Part shown: piece after piece, positions 18,599-26,374 of the stretch
Layout: every line of letters begins with the position of its first letter
Numbering within the stretch: position 1 is the stretch's first letter
NCBI GenBank assembly: GCA_965227295.1
Contig: OZ245742.1
Span: 2,496,001-2,560,000 of the forward strand
Source: Leptonemataceae bacterium
Lineage (GTDB): Bacteria > Spirochaetota > Leptospiria > Leptospirales > Leptonemataceae
Length of the DNA stretch: 64,000 nucleotides
Direction: 5' to 3'
Notes under the pieces: generated by a model
Database searches by the model: none
Told to the model about the DNA's origin: nothing
Seen by the model: the letters and a program-made list of their open reading frames with translations, nothing else
Position numbers and translations under genes: made by a program

Positions 18599-20239
18599 TC
18601 ACAGTTGCGCGACGATTTCATCCGGCGAAAGTTTCGCTTCGCCGTTGAATCGAAAATCTTTGATCATCCGCACGACGTCGTCGCGCTTCAGAATCTCTTC
18701 CTGGTAGACGCCGCCCTCCGCGCCCTGGAGAATCTTAAACAACGCCGGCTGATCGACAATGCCGGCTTCGAACGCGGCCAGGCCGAAACCGATGCCCGCA
18801 CGGCACGGCCGGGGCCGGGCCACGCGATCGTCGTCGACGTACTTCGGGCCGAGCCCTCCCGGCAACGCCGCCGCGATGAGCTTCTCCATTTCTTCGAAGG
18901 CCGGCTCGTTGCGCGACAGGTTGATCCAGACGTGCTCCACGGAATTTACCGGGCCGTGGACTTCCAGGTTGCGCTCCACCAATCGTGCAATGCGCTTCGC
19001 GGCGTCCCGGGTCAGCGCTTCGCGGTCCAGAAAATTGAGACGGTACAGGTAGTTCTCCAGCGCGGATCCCGTGAGTTCACCGAGCAGCAGATACTGGTAG
19101 AGCGTGAAGATGAAGAAGTCGCTCTCCTTGTTGTCGCCCATCAGAATCTCCCGCGTGTTCGTGGGCTGCATGAGCCGATTTTCGAGCAGGGTGGTGAGCT
19201 TGTATGAGATGTGATCGAACAAAGAGGCCAGGCTGGAGCCCAGAAACTTGAGCGTGCGTTCCAGGCTCGTCGACACGCCCTGACTGAGGACGTCGTTGAG
19301 ATTGAGAATGCTGCTGGTGATTTTCTTGAGGATGTTATCAAAAGTGCTGAGCAGGTACTTTAAGTGCAGTCCCGAGAATTCGATGTCGTGATGATCGAAG
19401 ACCGCCGAGAGGGTGCGCCGGAAAAAGTGCGGCGACGCCGAAATGAACAACAGCGGGATTTCTTGCTGCGCCTGGCGATAGAACTCCGGCAGGCCGGTGA
19501 TGGGCGTCTTCTCCTTCGGCGTTTCGAAGAGCGTATCCATTAGGCCCTGGGTGGAGTGGATCGGCGTGTTGAGAAACGTCTGGTCGATGTCCGAAGTGAG
19601 CAGGCGCCCGTCGTACTCGTTCGGCAGGATGCGCAGGCGACCGTAGCCGATGGGCATGTCCTGTTTTAGTATGAGGCTGTCGCTGTTGCCGATGTAGGCG
19701 AGGTCCGCGACGCTCTGGCGCACGCTATGGATGCCGCGCAGAATGACCCGCGTGACGTAATCGCCCGGTGCCAACCGTTCCGCCGCCGCGGAGGGATCCA
19801 CCTCGAAGAAACCTTCGTCCCCGGCGATGATTTCACCGGACGACCAGATGACACGATCGCCGTGGTCTTCGCCGTCCGCGTCCACGGTGTCCGCGTCGGC
19901 ATCTTCGCCGGCGATGTTCTGGTAGCGCTTCGGCGTGGCGGTGAGAATTTCTATTTGCAGTCTCGGCCGCCGCACGCTCATCATGCTAAAGTCCTGGATG
20001 GGGCGGATGAGTTCGCGCAGGGAGCGCGGAAGATTGTGGAGGATATCCCACTCTTCGTCGATCTGGCTGCGGGTAATGGGGATGTCCACGATCTGGCCGG
20101 CGATGCGCACGCGATCGGCCTGGCCGCAGGCCCCGTTCAAAAGGGCCACCCGCTTTTTATCGTAGGGGGCCTCGGTCGAGGCGTCCTCGATGTTGCCCGG
20201 CGCGGCGGGTTCGTCGGTCTGGCGGGACTCGTCGGTCAT
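18599..20239 (-). CDS. App1/DUF2183-like phosphatidate phosphatase domain protein
   Basis: SDIDQTFL, FISASP, LMGDNKESD HAD-like motifs. Confidence 0.8.
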   Translation of the reverse strand: MTDESRQTDEPAAPGNIEDASTEAPYDKKRVALLNGACGQADRVRIAGQIVDIPITRSQIDEEWDILHNLPRSLRELIRPIQDFSMMSVRRPRLQIEILTATPKRYQNIAGEDADADTVDADGEDHGDRVIWSSGEIIAGDEGFFEVDPSAAAERLAPGDYVTRVILRGIHSVRQSVADLAYIGNSDSLILKQDMPIGYGRLRILPNEYDGRLLTSDIDQTFLNTPIHSTQGLMDTLFETPKEKTPITGLPEFYRQAQQEIPLLFISASPHFFRRTLSAVFDHHDIEFSGLHLKYLLSTFDNILKKITSSILNLNDVLSQGVSTSLERTLKFLGSSLASLFDHISYKLTTLLENRLMQPTNTREILMGDNKESDFFIFTLYQYLLLGELTGSALENYLYRLNFLDREALTRDAAKRIARLVERNLEVHGPVNSVEHVWINLSRNEPAFEEMEKLIAAALPGGLGPKYVDDDRVARPRPCRAGIGFGLAAFEAGIVDQPALFKILQGAEGGVYQEEILKRDDVVRMIKDFRFNGEAKLSPDEIVAQL

Positions 20240-20317
20240 GACTTCCTGCAAGGGAAGGTCCGGGCGACGGAACTGTCACTTAAAAAATAGCATACTTTTA
20301 CCAGCACCTCCTCGTTC

Positions 20318-21223
20318 ATGAAAGATACATTGCCTCCGCCGCCGGCCTTCTGTTACTCCGGGGATTACAACATCGATCTCGGTCAGCACGTTTTCCCGGC
20401 GGTAAAGTTTCGCCACATCCAACAACGCCTCGCGAAGGACGGGCGCTTTCGCAAACATCGTTTCATCCAGCCGGAGCCCGTCACCGTGGACCAGGCCGGG
20501 CTCGTCCACAGCCGGGCCTATCTGCGGGACCTGGTCTCCCTCCAGGTAACGCCGCGTACGCATCGCAGCGAACTGCCGCTCATTGAGGAGGTGGTGCGCG
20601 GATTTTTCCTGGCCACGGGCGGGACCGTGGAGGCGGGGCGCCAGGCCCTGGAATGCGGTCGCGGGGTGAACCTGGGCGGCGGCTTTCATCACGCCTTTCG
20701 CGATCATGCCGAGGGATTCTGTTATCTCAACGACGTCGCCATCGCCGTGCGCGTGTTGCAGCAGGAAAAAAAGATCAAACGCGCGCTGATCATCGACCTG
20801 GATGTCCACCAGGGCAACGGTACGTCGCGCATCTTTCTGTGGGACTGGAACGTCTACACGTTCTCCATGCACGAAGAGAACAACTATCCCCTGAAGCAAA
20901 AGTCCTCGTACGACATCGGCCTGGAAACCGGCATCGGCGACGAAGAGTACTTAAAGACCCTGGGCGAGGCACTCGAGGTCATGCGACGCAAGTTCGAGCC
21001 GGATATGATCTTCTACGTCGCCGGAGTGGACGTCTATCAACGGGACCGCCTGGGCGGACTGTCGCTATCGAAAGAAGGCGTCCGCGAGCGGGATCGCATG
21101 ATTCGCGACTACCGTCCGGATGTCCCCCTGGTAACGGTGCTGGCCGGCGGTTACGCCGTGAACGATTCCGACACCGTGGATCTGCACATCGGCACCTGTG
21201 AAGTGATGGCGGATCTTGCGTAA
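20318..21223 (+). CDS. histone deacetylase family protein
   Basis: GGGFHHA, GFCYLND, DLDVHQGNGT, GVD, AGGY. Confidence 0.95.
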   Translation: MKDTLPPPPAFCYSGDYNIDLGQHVFPAVKFRHIQQRLAKDGRFRKHRFIQPEPVTVDQAGLVHSRAYLRDLVSLQVTPRTHRSELPLIEEVVRGFFLATGGTVEAGRQALECGRGVNLGGGFHHAFRDHAEGFCYLNDVAIAVRVLQQEKKIKRALIIDLDVHQGNGTSRIFLWDWNVYTFSMHEENNYPLKQKSSYDIGLETGIGDEEYLKTLGEALEVMRRKFEPDMIFYVAGVDVYQRDRLGGLSLSKEGVRERDRMIRDYRPDVPLVTVLAGGYAVNDSDTVDLHIGTCEVMADLA

Positions 21224-21259
21224 CTTTAGGTGAATTACACTTAATCAGCACGAATTCAC

Positions 21260-22186
21260 ATGGGATTTTTCAGCGACTCGGACAAATGGGGCAAGAAACG
21301 CGCCCGGGAAGTGGGGGACGAGCCGCCGTCTCTCGAAGACGAGGTGCGCGCGACACCGAAGAGCGACAAGAGTTCGGACAAGGCCTTTCCCCAGAACATC
21401 GAACTCTGGGACGACCTGGAAGCCGAGGCGCTGGAAGAGGATCTGCGCGGTTCCGCCCTGGGCGCGCCGCCGGCGGACGGTCAGGTCCGCATGTTCGGCA
21501 AGTTCAGCCGGGAAGACATTGAAAAACAGATGGAGTGGTCCGGCATTACGTCGGCGTTGAAAGAGAAGGGCTACGAAAACACGGAGATGGAGCTGAACTA
21601 TCTCTCGGAGCTGGACCAGCGCATCTTCGTGCGTCAGGACGAGCAGGTGCTGATCCACATTCGGCTGAAGCTCTCGCACTTTCGCTTTCGATTGCACCCG
21701 GAAACCCCGCGCATCAAACTGCTTTACATCGACTGGCTGCTCACCCAGCATCCGCACTCGCGAAACATCCGCGAGGAGCGGCTTTTTCCCGGTCAGGACC
21801 TGCCCGGCCTCGGCATTTTTCCGCAGCTAACCACATTTTTGCGAAACTTAGCGCTGGGCGTGGGCGCCCGGGGGGCCTTTAATATTCCCGAGTACTTTCA
21901 CGACGCGATGTTGTTTCATCGTCAGTTTAACTTTTACGATCCGTTGCGCGAGGCGTTCTTTCGCGGCATCATTCGGGATCTGCGTCGTTACGGGGCGCGG
22001 GAAATCTCCCATGCGTTCGGCGAGAACCGCATCCTCGATCAGAACGGAGACGCGCTGGACTGGAAGCCGGGCGAGATGATCTCGATTCTCTCTCCGGATC
22101 TCGCGGATCGCATCTGGTCGCCGGAGTACTACACGCGGGTGGTGCGCGAATTGAAACGGATTCGGTTTCAACTCGTGGAGAAGTGA
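21260..22186 (+). CDS. conserved deacetylase-associated protein (possible acetyltransferase)
   Basis: Long ORF with host-like codon usage; LLYIDWLLTQHP..LFPGQDLPGLG..PEYFH block. Function is inferred. Confidence 0.65.
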   Translation: MGFFSDSDKWGKKRAREVGDEPPSLEDEVRATPKSDKSSDKAFPQNIELWDDLEAEALEEDLRGSALGAPPADGQVRMFGKFSREDIEKQMEWSGITSALKEKGYENTEMELNYLSELDQRIFVRQDEQVLIHIRLKLSHFRFRLHPETPRIKLLYIDWLLTQHPHSRNIREERLFPGQDLPGLGIFPQLTTFLRNLALGVGARGAFNIPEYFHDAMLFHRQFNFYDPLREAFFRGIIRDLRRYGAREISHAFGENRILDQNGDALDWKPGEMISILSPDLADRIWSPEYYTRVVRELKRIRFQLVEK

Positions 22187-22205
22187 GGGCGGCGCGCGGG
22201 GAGTC

Positions 22206-22919
22206 GTGGCGGAGAAGATCTACAGAATTCCCACGGTGCCGCCCGGGGAGGATCATGCGCTCAGTGTCGTTCTTCTTTATATATCGGTGCCGGCGTTTAT
22301 TGCCACCGTTGCCCTGGCGAAAGCTTTTGGGACGGTGGTATTGTCGATTCTGCTGCCTCTGGCTATGGTCGGCATCCTGGTCTATCTTGCTGCGTATCAG
22401 GGATGGGTATCAAAGATCGCGCCGAAGAAGCTGAGTGCCGTTCGTGTAACCGACAGCGATGTTATCTTAGAGTTCGACAACGGCGCGCCGGACGAGCGCA
22501 TCGCCCTGGCTGATCTGCAGCACGTAGAACTGGACCTGCGTTCCGCTGCGGACGGCACTCTGACTCTCGACGCCGCCTCCGGAGAGATCAGCGTACACTC
22601 CGGCGATGCCGGCGTGCTCTGGTCCTTGCGTAAACATCTGGAGACTGAAATCTACGCGCGGAAGGTTACACCGCGGCCGCCGCCGATTGTGCCGGCTCCG
22701 GAGCCGCCGTCCCGGCCCCGGTCGCCGGCGGCGCAGCTCGGGCGTATGTCGCATACGCGGACGCGACGGGTGCAGAGTTCGGAAGCGGAAGCGGAAACGC
22801 AAAGCGTAGAGGAAGAAGTGTCGACCGAGAGCGTGGAGCCGCCCCGGCCATCGCTGGAACTGAAGCCGGAAGAAGCGGGTGAGGCCGAAGACGAAGCACA
22901 ACGCTGGCGGTCGATCTAA
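22206..22919 (+). CDS. RWRSI-tail membrane protein, paralog 1 (type A)
   Basis: MAEKIY start, two TM helices, LWSLRKHLETEI, LELKPE, ends QRWRSI. Confidence 0.8.
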   Translation: MAEKIYRIPTVPPGEDHALSVVLLYISVPAFIATVALAKAFGTVVLSILLPLAMVGILVYLAAYQGWVSKIAPKKLSAVRVTDSDVILEFDNGAPDERIALADLQHVELDLRSAADGTLTLDAASGEISVHSGDAGVLWSLRKHLETEIYARKVTPRPPPIVPAPEPPSRPRSPAAQLGRMSHTRTRRVQSSEAEAETQSVEEEVSTESVEPPRPSLELKPEEAGEAEDEAQRWRSI

Positions 22920-22922
22920 CAT

Positions 22923-23618
22923 ATGCCGAAGAGAACTTACATAATGCAGGCGTCGCCGCGCACACCCTTCGTCACAGGTCTTACCTCTGTGCTCGTCCTT
23001 GTCGCGGTCTCCTTGATGCTCTTTTTCGTATTGCTCGCCGTCTTTCCGAAGGCTGGTTTCCATGTGATCCTTCTGTTTCTCGCGCTCGGGATCCCCGGCT
23101 TGCGTTTCATAAAGAAAGTTGCGCCGCGGGCGCGAAATGCACCGACGAAGGATGCGCACACGGTTCAGCTAACGGAGGAAAGCTTGTTGTTCGAGTCCGG
23201 CACCACAAGGACGAAGGCGCAACTGGCACTCGATGAAATCCGCCGAACTGTCTTAAAAGTCTCGTCATCGAAATCCGGCAAGCTCAGCATCTACGCGCGC
23301 GGCCGGAACCTCGTCATTCGCGCGGCGGATCCCGCGGCGCTGGCCGAGTTGCACGCGGATCTCGAAGACGAAATTCGCAAACGCAAGTTCGCATCCGCCC
23401 ATCCTGCACAGTCGCATTCCGGCCCGAAAACGGCTCCGATCCCGCCCTCGCGACTGAGGTTGCGGACACAGGGGAGTGGAGTCGCGGAGCCGTCGACAGC
23501 CGGAGTGGGGGATGCTAATGCTGCAACAGAGAAAGTTAAAGAGGCTCTGAAGGCCGTGCACGAGGGAGGCGCAGCGGAGATCCAGGAAGACGAGCAGGGT
23601 CGCTGGCGGTCTATCTAA
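22923..23618 (+). CDS. RWRSI-tail membrane protein, paralog 2 (type B)
   Basis: Two TM helices, HTVQLTEE, RNLVIR, GPKTAPIPPSRL, ends GRWRSI. Confidence 0.8.
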   Translation: MPKRTYIMQASPRTPFVTGLTSVLVLVAVSLMLFFVLLAVFPKAGFHVILLFLALGIPGLRFIKKVAPRARNAPTKDAHTVQLTEESLLFESGTTRTKAQLALDEIRRTVLKVSSSKSGKLSIYARGRNLVIRAADPAALAELHADLEDEIRKRKFASAHPAQSHSGPKTAPIPPSRLRLRTQGSGVAEPSTAGVGDANAATEKVKEALKAVHEGGAAEIQEDEQGRWRSI

Positions 23619-24356
23619 ATGGCGGAGAAAACTTATAAAATCCGGGCGCCGATCGATTCGCAGCGAATCGGATTGATCGGCCCCGCGTTCTGGGCGCTGA
23701 TCTTGTTGCCGCTGGTGTTGACCGACGGCGGAGTTCTATCCGCGACCGTTTTTCTGGTGACGATTCCGGTGTTCATCGGCTTTGTCGTGTGGTTGTTTCA
23801 ATGGGCGCGCAAGGGATCGGGAGTGCGGGCCGTGCGATTAACAGACGATGAATTACACTTAGAGCGAGTCGCCCGCCGGCCGGTGCCGCCGTTTTCGCTG
23901 GATGATCTGCGCCTGGTCGAGCTGAAGATGGAAGCCGCAAACAGCGCGACCATTCGCATCGTCTTCACGAATCGTTGCCTGGAGATCGAATCCAACGACT
24001 CGGGTACGCTCTGGGCCCTGCGCAAACATCTGGAAAACGAGATCCAGGCCCGGCGCGCTTCCAGCCCGGCTTCGCCCGTTTCGGCGCCGCCCGTGAATCC
24101 CGGACCAGGCTTGCGACTTCGGCGCCGCACGCATGTGCGCCCGCGGTTGCGATCGACGCTCGGCGAGGCGCCGGAGGAATCGCAAGAGGCTTCGCAAGAA
24201 GATGTGAGTACGCACGAGGAATCGCGCGAAGATCATAACAAGCCGGAGCCGCCGCCCGCGCTGGAACTGAAACCGGAAGCCGTGTCCGAAGAACCGCCGC
24301 CTGTCGAGGAAGCGGACGAGACGGATGACGAAGAACAGCGCTGGCGGTCGATTTAA
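23619..24356 (+). CDS. RWRSI-tail membrane protein, paralog 3 (type A)
   Basis: MAEKTY start, two TM helices, LWALRKHLENEI, LELKPE, ends QRWRSI. Confidence 0.8.
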   Translation: MAEKTYKIRAPIDSQRIGLIGPAFWALILLPLVLTDGGVLSATVFLVTIPVFIGFVVWLFQWARKGSGVRAVRLTDDELHLERVARRPVPPFSLDDLRLVELKMEAANSATIRIVFTNRCLEIESNDSGTLWALRKHLENEIQARRASSPASPVSAPPVNPGPGLRLRRRTHVRPRLRSTLGEAPEESQEASQEDVSTHEESREDHNKPEPPPALELKPEAVSEEPPPVEEADETDDEEQRWRSI

Positions 24357-24375
24357 TTCGCAGCGCGCATAAATC

Positions 24376-25092
24376 ATGGCCGAAAAGATACACAACATAC
24401 CCGCGCTGCCGCGGCCCGAAGGCTTCGACTGGACCGAGATCGGCTGGCGTCTGATCGTAATTGCTGCGGCGGTGATGATCCTGCTTCTTTTTGCCGCGGT
24501 GGCGTTGTCCTACAGCCAAATCACTCTCGTCGGAATAATGATTTTTTTGGCAGTACGCTTTATACTCTATGTGATGGACAGCGAGGACAGAGCGTGGCCC
24601 GCCCCGGCCCAACCGACGCCCGCGCCGATTCATCTGCGCAAACAGGCAAGCCACACGGTTCGATTAACCGAAGATGAAATCATCTTTGAATACGGAGCGA
24701 ACGGCCGGAGCATGCGCCTGCGTCTCGACGACGTTCGTCGCGTGGGAAAAAACGTACGCTCCGTGGATGAGGCTAAGTTGATCATCCATGCCCGGCGCCG
24801 CAACCTGGTGATCCGTACGAATCAACCGCACATGCTCATGGATTTGTACGCACACCTGGAGGACGAGGTCCGGAAACGCAAACTGCCGACAACGCCGCGG
24901 GCGCGGCGGCGCGCGGGTCCGAAGACGGCTCCGATTCCACCTTCGCGATTGAAGCTACAGAGTGCGCCCGCGCAGAAGCCCGCGGAGGATGCCGGGGCGG
25001 CGAAAGAGAACGTCAAAGAAACCCTGAAGGCCGCGCACGAAAAGGCCGCCGATACCGAAGACGATGAACAAAGCCGCTGGCGTTCGATCTAA
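24376..25092 (+). CDS. RWRSI-tail membrane protein, paralog 4 (type B)
   Basis: MAEKIH start, two TM helices, HTVRLTED, RNLVIR, GPKTAPIPPSRL, ends SRWRSI. Confidence 0.8.
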   Translation: MAEKIHNIPALPRPEGFDWTEIGWRLIVIAAAVMILLLFAAVALSYSQITLVGIMIFLAVRFILYVMDSEDRAWPAPAQPTPAPIHLRKQASHTVRLTEDEIIFEYGANGRSMRLRLDDVRRVGKNVRSVDEAKLIIHARRRNLVIRTNQPHMLMDLYAHLEDEVRKRKLPTTPRARRRAGPKTAPIPPSRLKLQSAPAQKPAEDAGAAKENVKETLKAAHEKAADTEDDEQSRWRSI

Positions 25093-25095
25093 TAC

Positions 25096-25438
25096 ATGGC
25101 GAGAAGAAGTTACAAGCCACGCAGTCTGTGGCGACCGAAGACGGCGACGAACGAGAAGGTATATAAGGTCCGGCGCCCGCTGAAGCCAGGCGCGGGTCGC
25201 CGCCGAGATTCGTAATCTGCGGTCTCTCGGCGACCAATTGAACGCGGAGTTGCGCAAGCGCGGTCGCGCGGGAACGCAAACGAACATTGCGAAAGATGCG
25301 TTCGCGAAAGGTGCAACGGACGATGCGTCGGCGCAGCGCGAGTGCGCCGTGCAAGAAGATGCACCCGGCAACGCGGCGCCGGAAAAAGATGCGCGGGACG
25401 GCACCGAAAGCGAAGAAGATCGATGGATGTCGATCTGA
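25096..25438 (+). pseudogene. degenerate fifth RWRSI-family paralog
   Basis: ATG 25096 (MARRSY) frame stops early. A different frame gives LRSLGDQLNAELRKR...EEDRWMSI. TM region is missing. Confidence 0.6.
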
Positions 25439-25488
25439 ACGAAATAATCTCCGGCGAGCACTAACCGGCACGCCGGAGATGTTAGTGC

Positions 25489-25728
25489 TTAATCCGGATA
25501 CTTCGCGAAGGTATTCGGGCAAATCTTCTTGATGCCGGCGTCATCTTCGGTTTCGATGATTTCCACCAGCTTGTTCTGAAAATCTTCGTCTTCGATGTCG
25601 ATGCCGTTTTCGTAGGCTTCGGTAAGGCATTCTTCCAGGATCTGTTCGCCGTCTTCTTCGGCGAAGGCCGGCACCGCAAAAGCAACGGTCAGCAAGGCCG
25701 TAAGCAGAGCGAGGATCAACTTTTTCAT
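25489..25728 (-). CDS. small secreted acidic protein
   Basis: Signal peptide MKKLILALL..AFA, AAGGAG RBS, two Cys. Confidence 0.85.
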   Translation of the reverse strand: MKKLILALLTALLTVAFAVPAFAEEDGEQILEECLTEAYENGIDIEDEDFQNKLVEIIETEDDAGIKKICPNTFAKYPD

Positions 25729-25886
25729 GGATGTACTCCTTGGAGTGTCAGGGGATATTCCGGAGAACCGGTCGACGGCGCGTGGCCGTCAGGGATTCGA
25801 CGGATGCGCCGAGAGTCCGATCGTACGAAAAACGCGGCAAGGCAAAAAATTTGCAGCGGCCCGAACATCTTACTGACCACGATTGC

Positions 25887-25917
25887 TTGACAGCTTTCCC
25901 GCGCACGGAGGCATACT
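25887..25917 (+). promoter_or_regulatory. sigma70-like promoter upstream of the tRNA-like RNA
   Basis: TTGACA (25887-92) and CATACT (25912-17). The 19-nt spacer is longer than optimal. Confidence 0.5.
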
Positions 25918-25926
25918 GCCCTGCTT

Positions 25927-26136
25927 CGTCCCGGGGTCAGGATGTTGCCGTCCGGCGGTGCCCGAGCCTGAGATCGGCGAGGGTATTTCGGCGAAGCGCA
26001 AAAAAATCTGGAGGTCAGTGGTTCGAATCCACTACGGGGCGCCAATCAGTCCCGTTAGCTCAGCCGGTTAGAGCGCCCGACTGTAACTCGGTAAGGCCCG
26101 CAGGAGCCTATCCTGCACCCCCGGAGGCGCGGGACG
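25927..26136 (+). ncRNA. circularly permuted tRNA-like RNA (YrlA/Y-RNA-like)
   Basis: The T-arm AGTGG-TTCGAAT-CCACT plus ACGGGGC-G-CCA (26017-26044) precedes GTCCCGT-TA-GCTC-AGCCGGTTA-GAGC-G-CCCGA-CTGTAAC-TCGG (26049-26091). The acceptor strands are complementary. The flanks GGGGTCAGGAT and ATCCTGCACCCC can pair. Confidence 0.75.
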
Positions 26137-26374
26137 TCTCAGCGCCGGGAACGGAACGCGGGCTGCGGCCTGCGGGAAATTCCCGGCGCACCGGAACATC
26201 GGCCAGCAGGTCGCGGATACCGATCCGTGCCGCCGCTTCGCAACCGCGCGCCGCCCGTATTCGGTCGGTGCAAGGTCCCGAGGCAGCGTGCGCGCATCTC
26301 AAGCAGACCTCCGCCGTTGCGAAGGGAGGCGTTCCGCGTCTTCATTTTCGTAACTTTTTTTGAGAAGTAGTTAG

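Noticed and set aside
22900..25440. Integron cassette array or CRISPR suggested by the recurring 18-nt motif
   Set aside because: The motif is coding (RWRSI-stop), the spacing is gene-sized, and there are no attC palindromes, integrase or cas genes.
26007..26044. tRNA 3' fragment as the att site of an integrated element
   Set aside because: No integrase or second copy is in the window, and a complementary 5' half follows immediately. It cannot be fully excluded without the rest of the genome.
26007..26091. Canonical tRNA-Tyr(GTA) gene
   Set aside because: The halves are in reverse order, there is no long variable arm as in bacterial tRNA-Tyr, and no normal T-loop follows the 5' half.
25731..26363. 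210-aa ORF (and the 106-aa minus-strand ORF) across the RNA region
   Set aside because: Arg/Ala/Pro-rich shadow composition, no motifs, and it overlaps clear tRNA structural elements.
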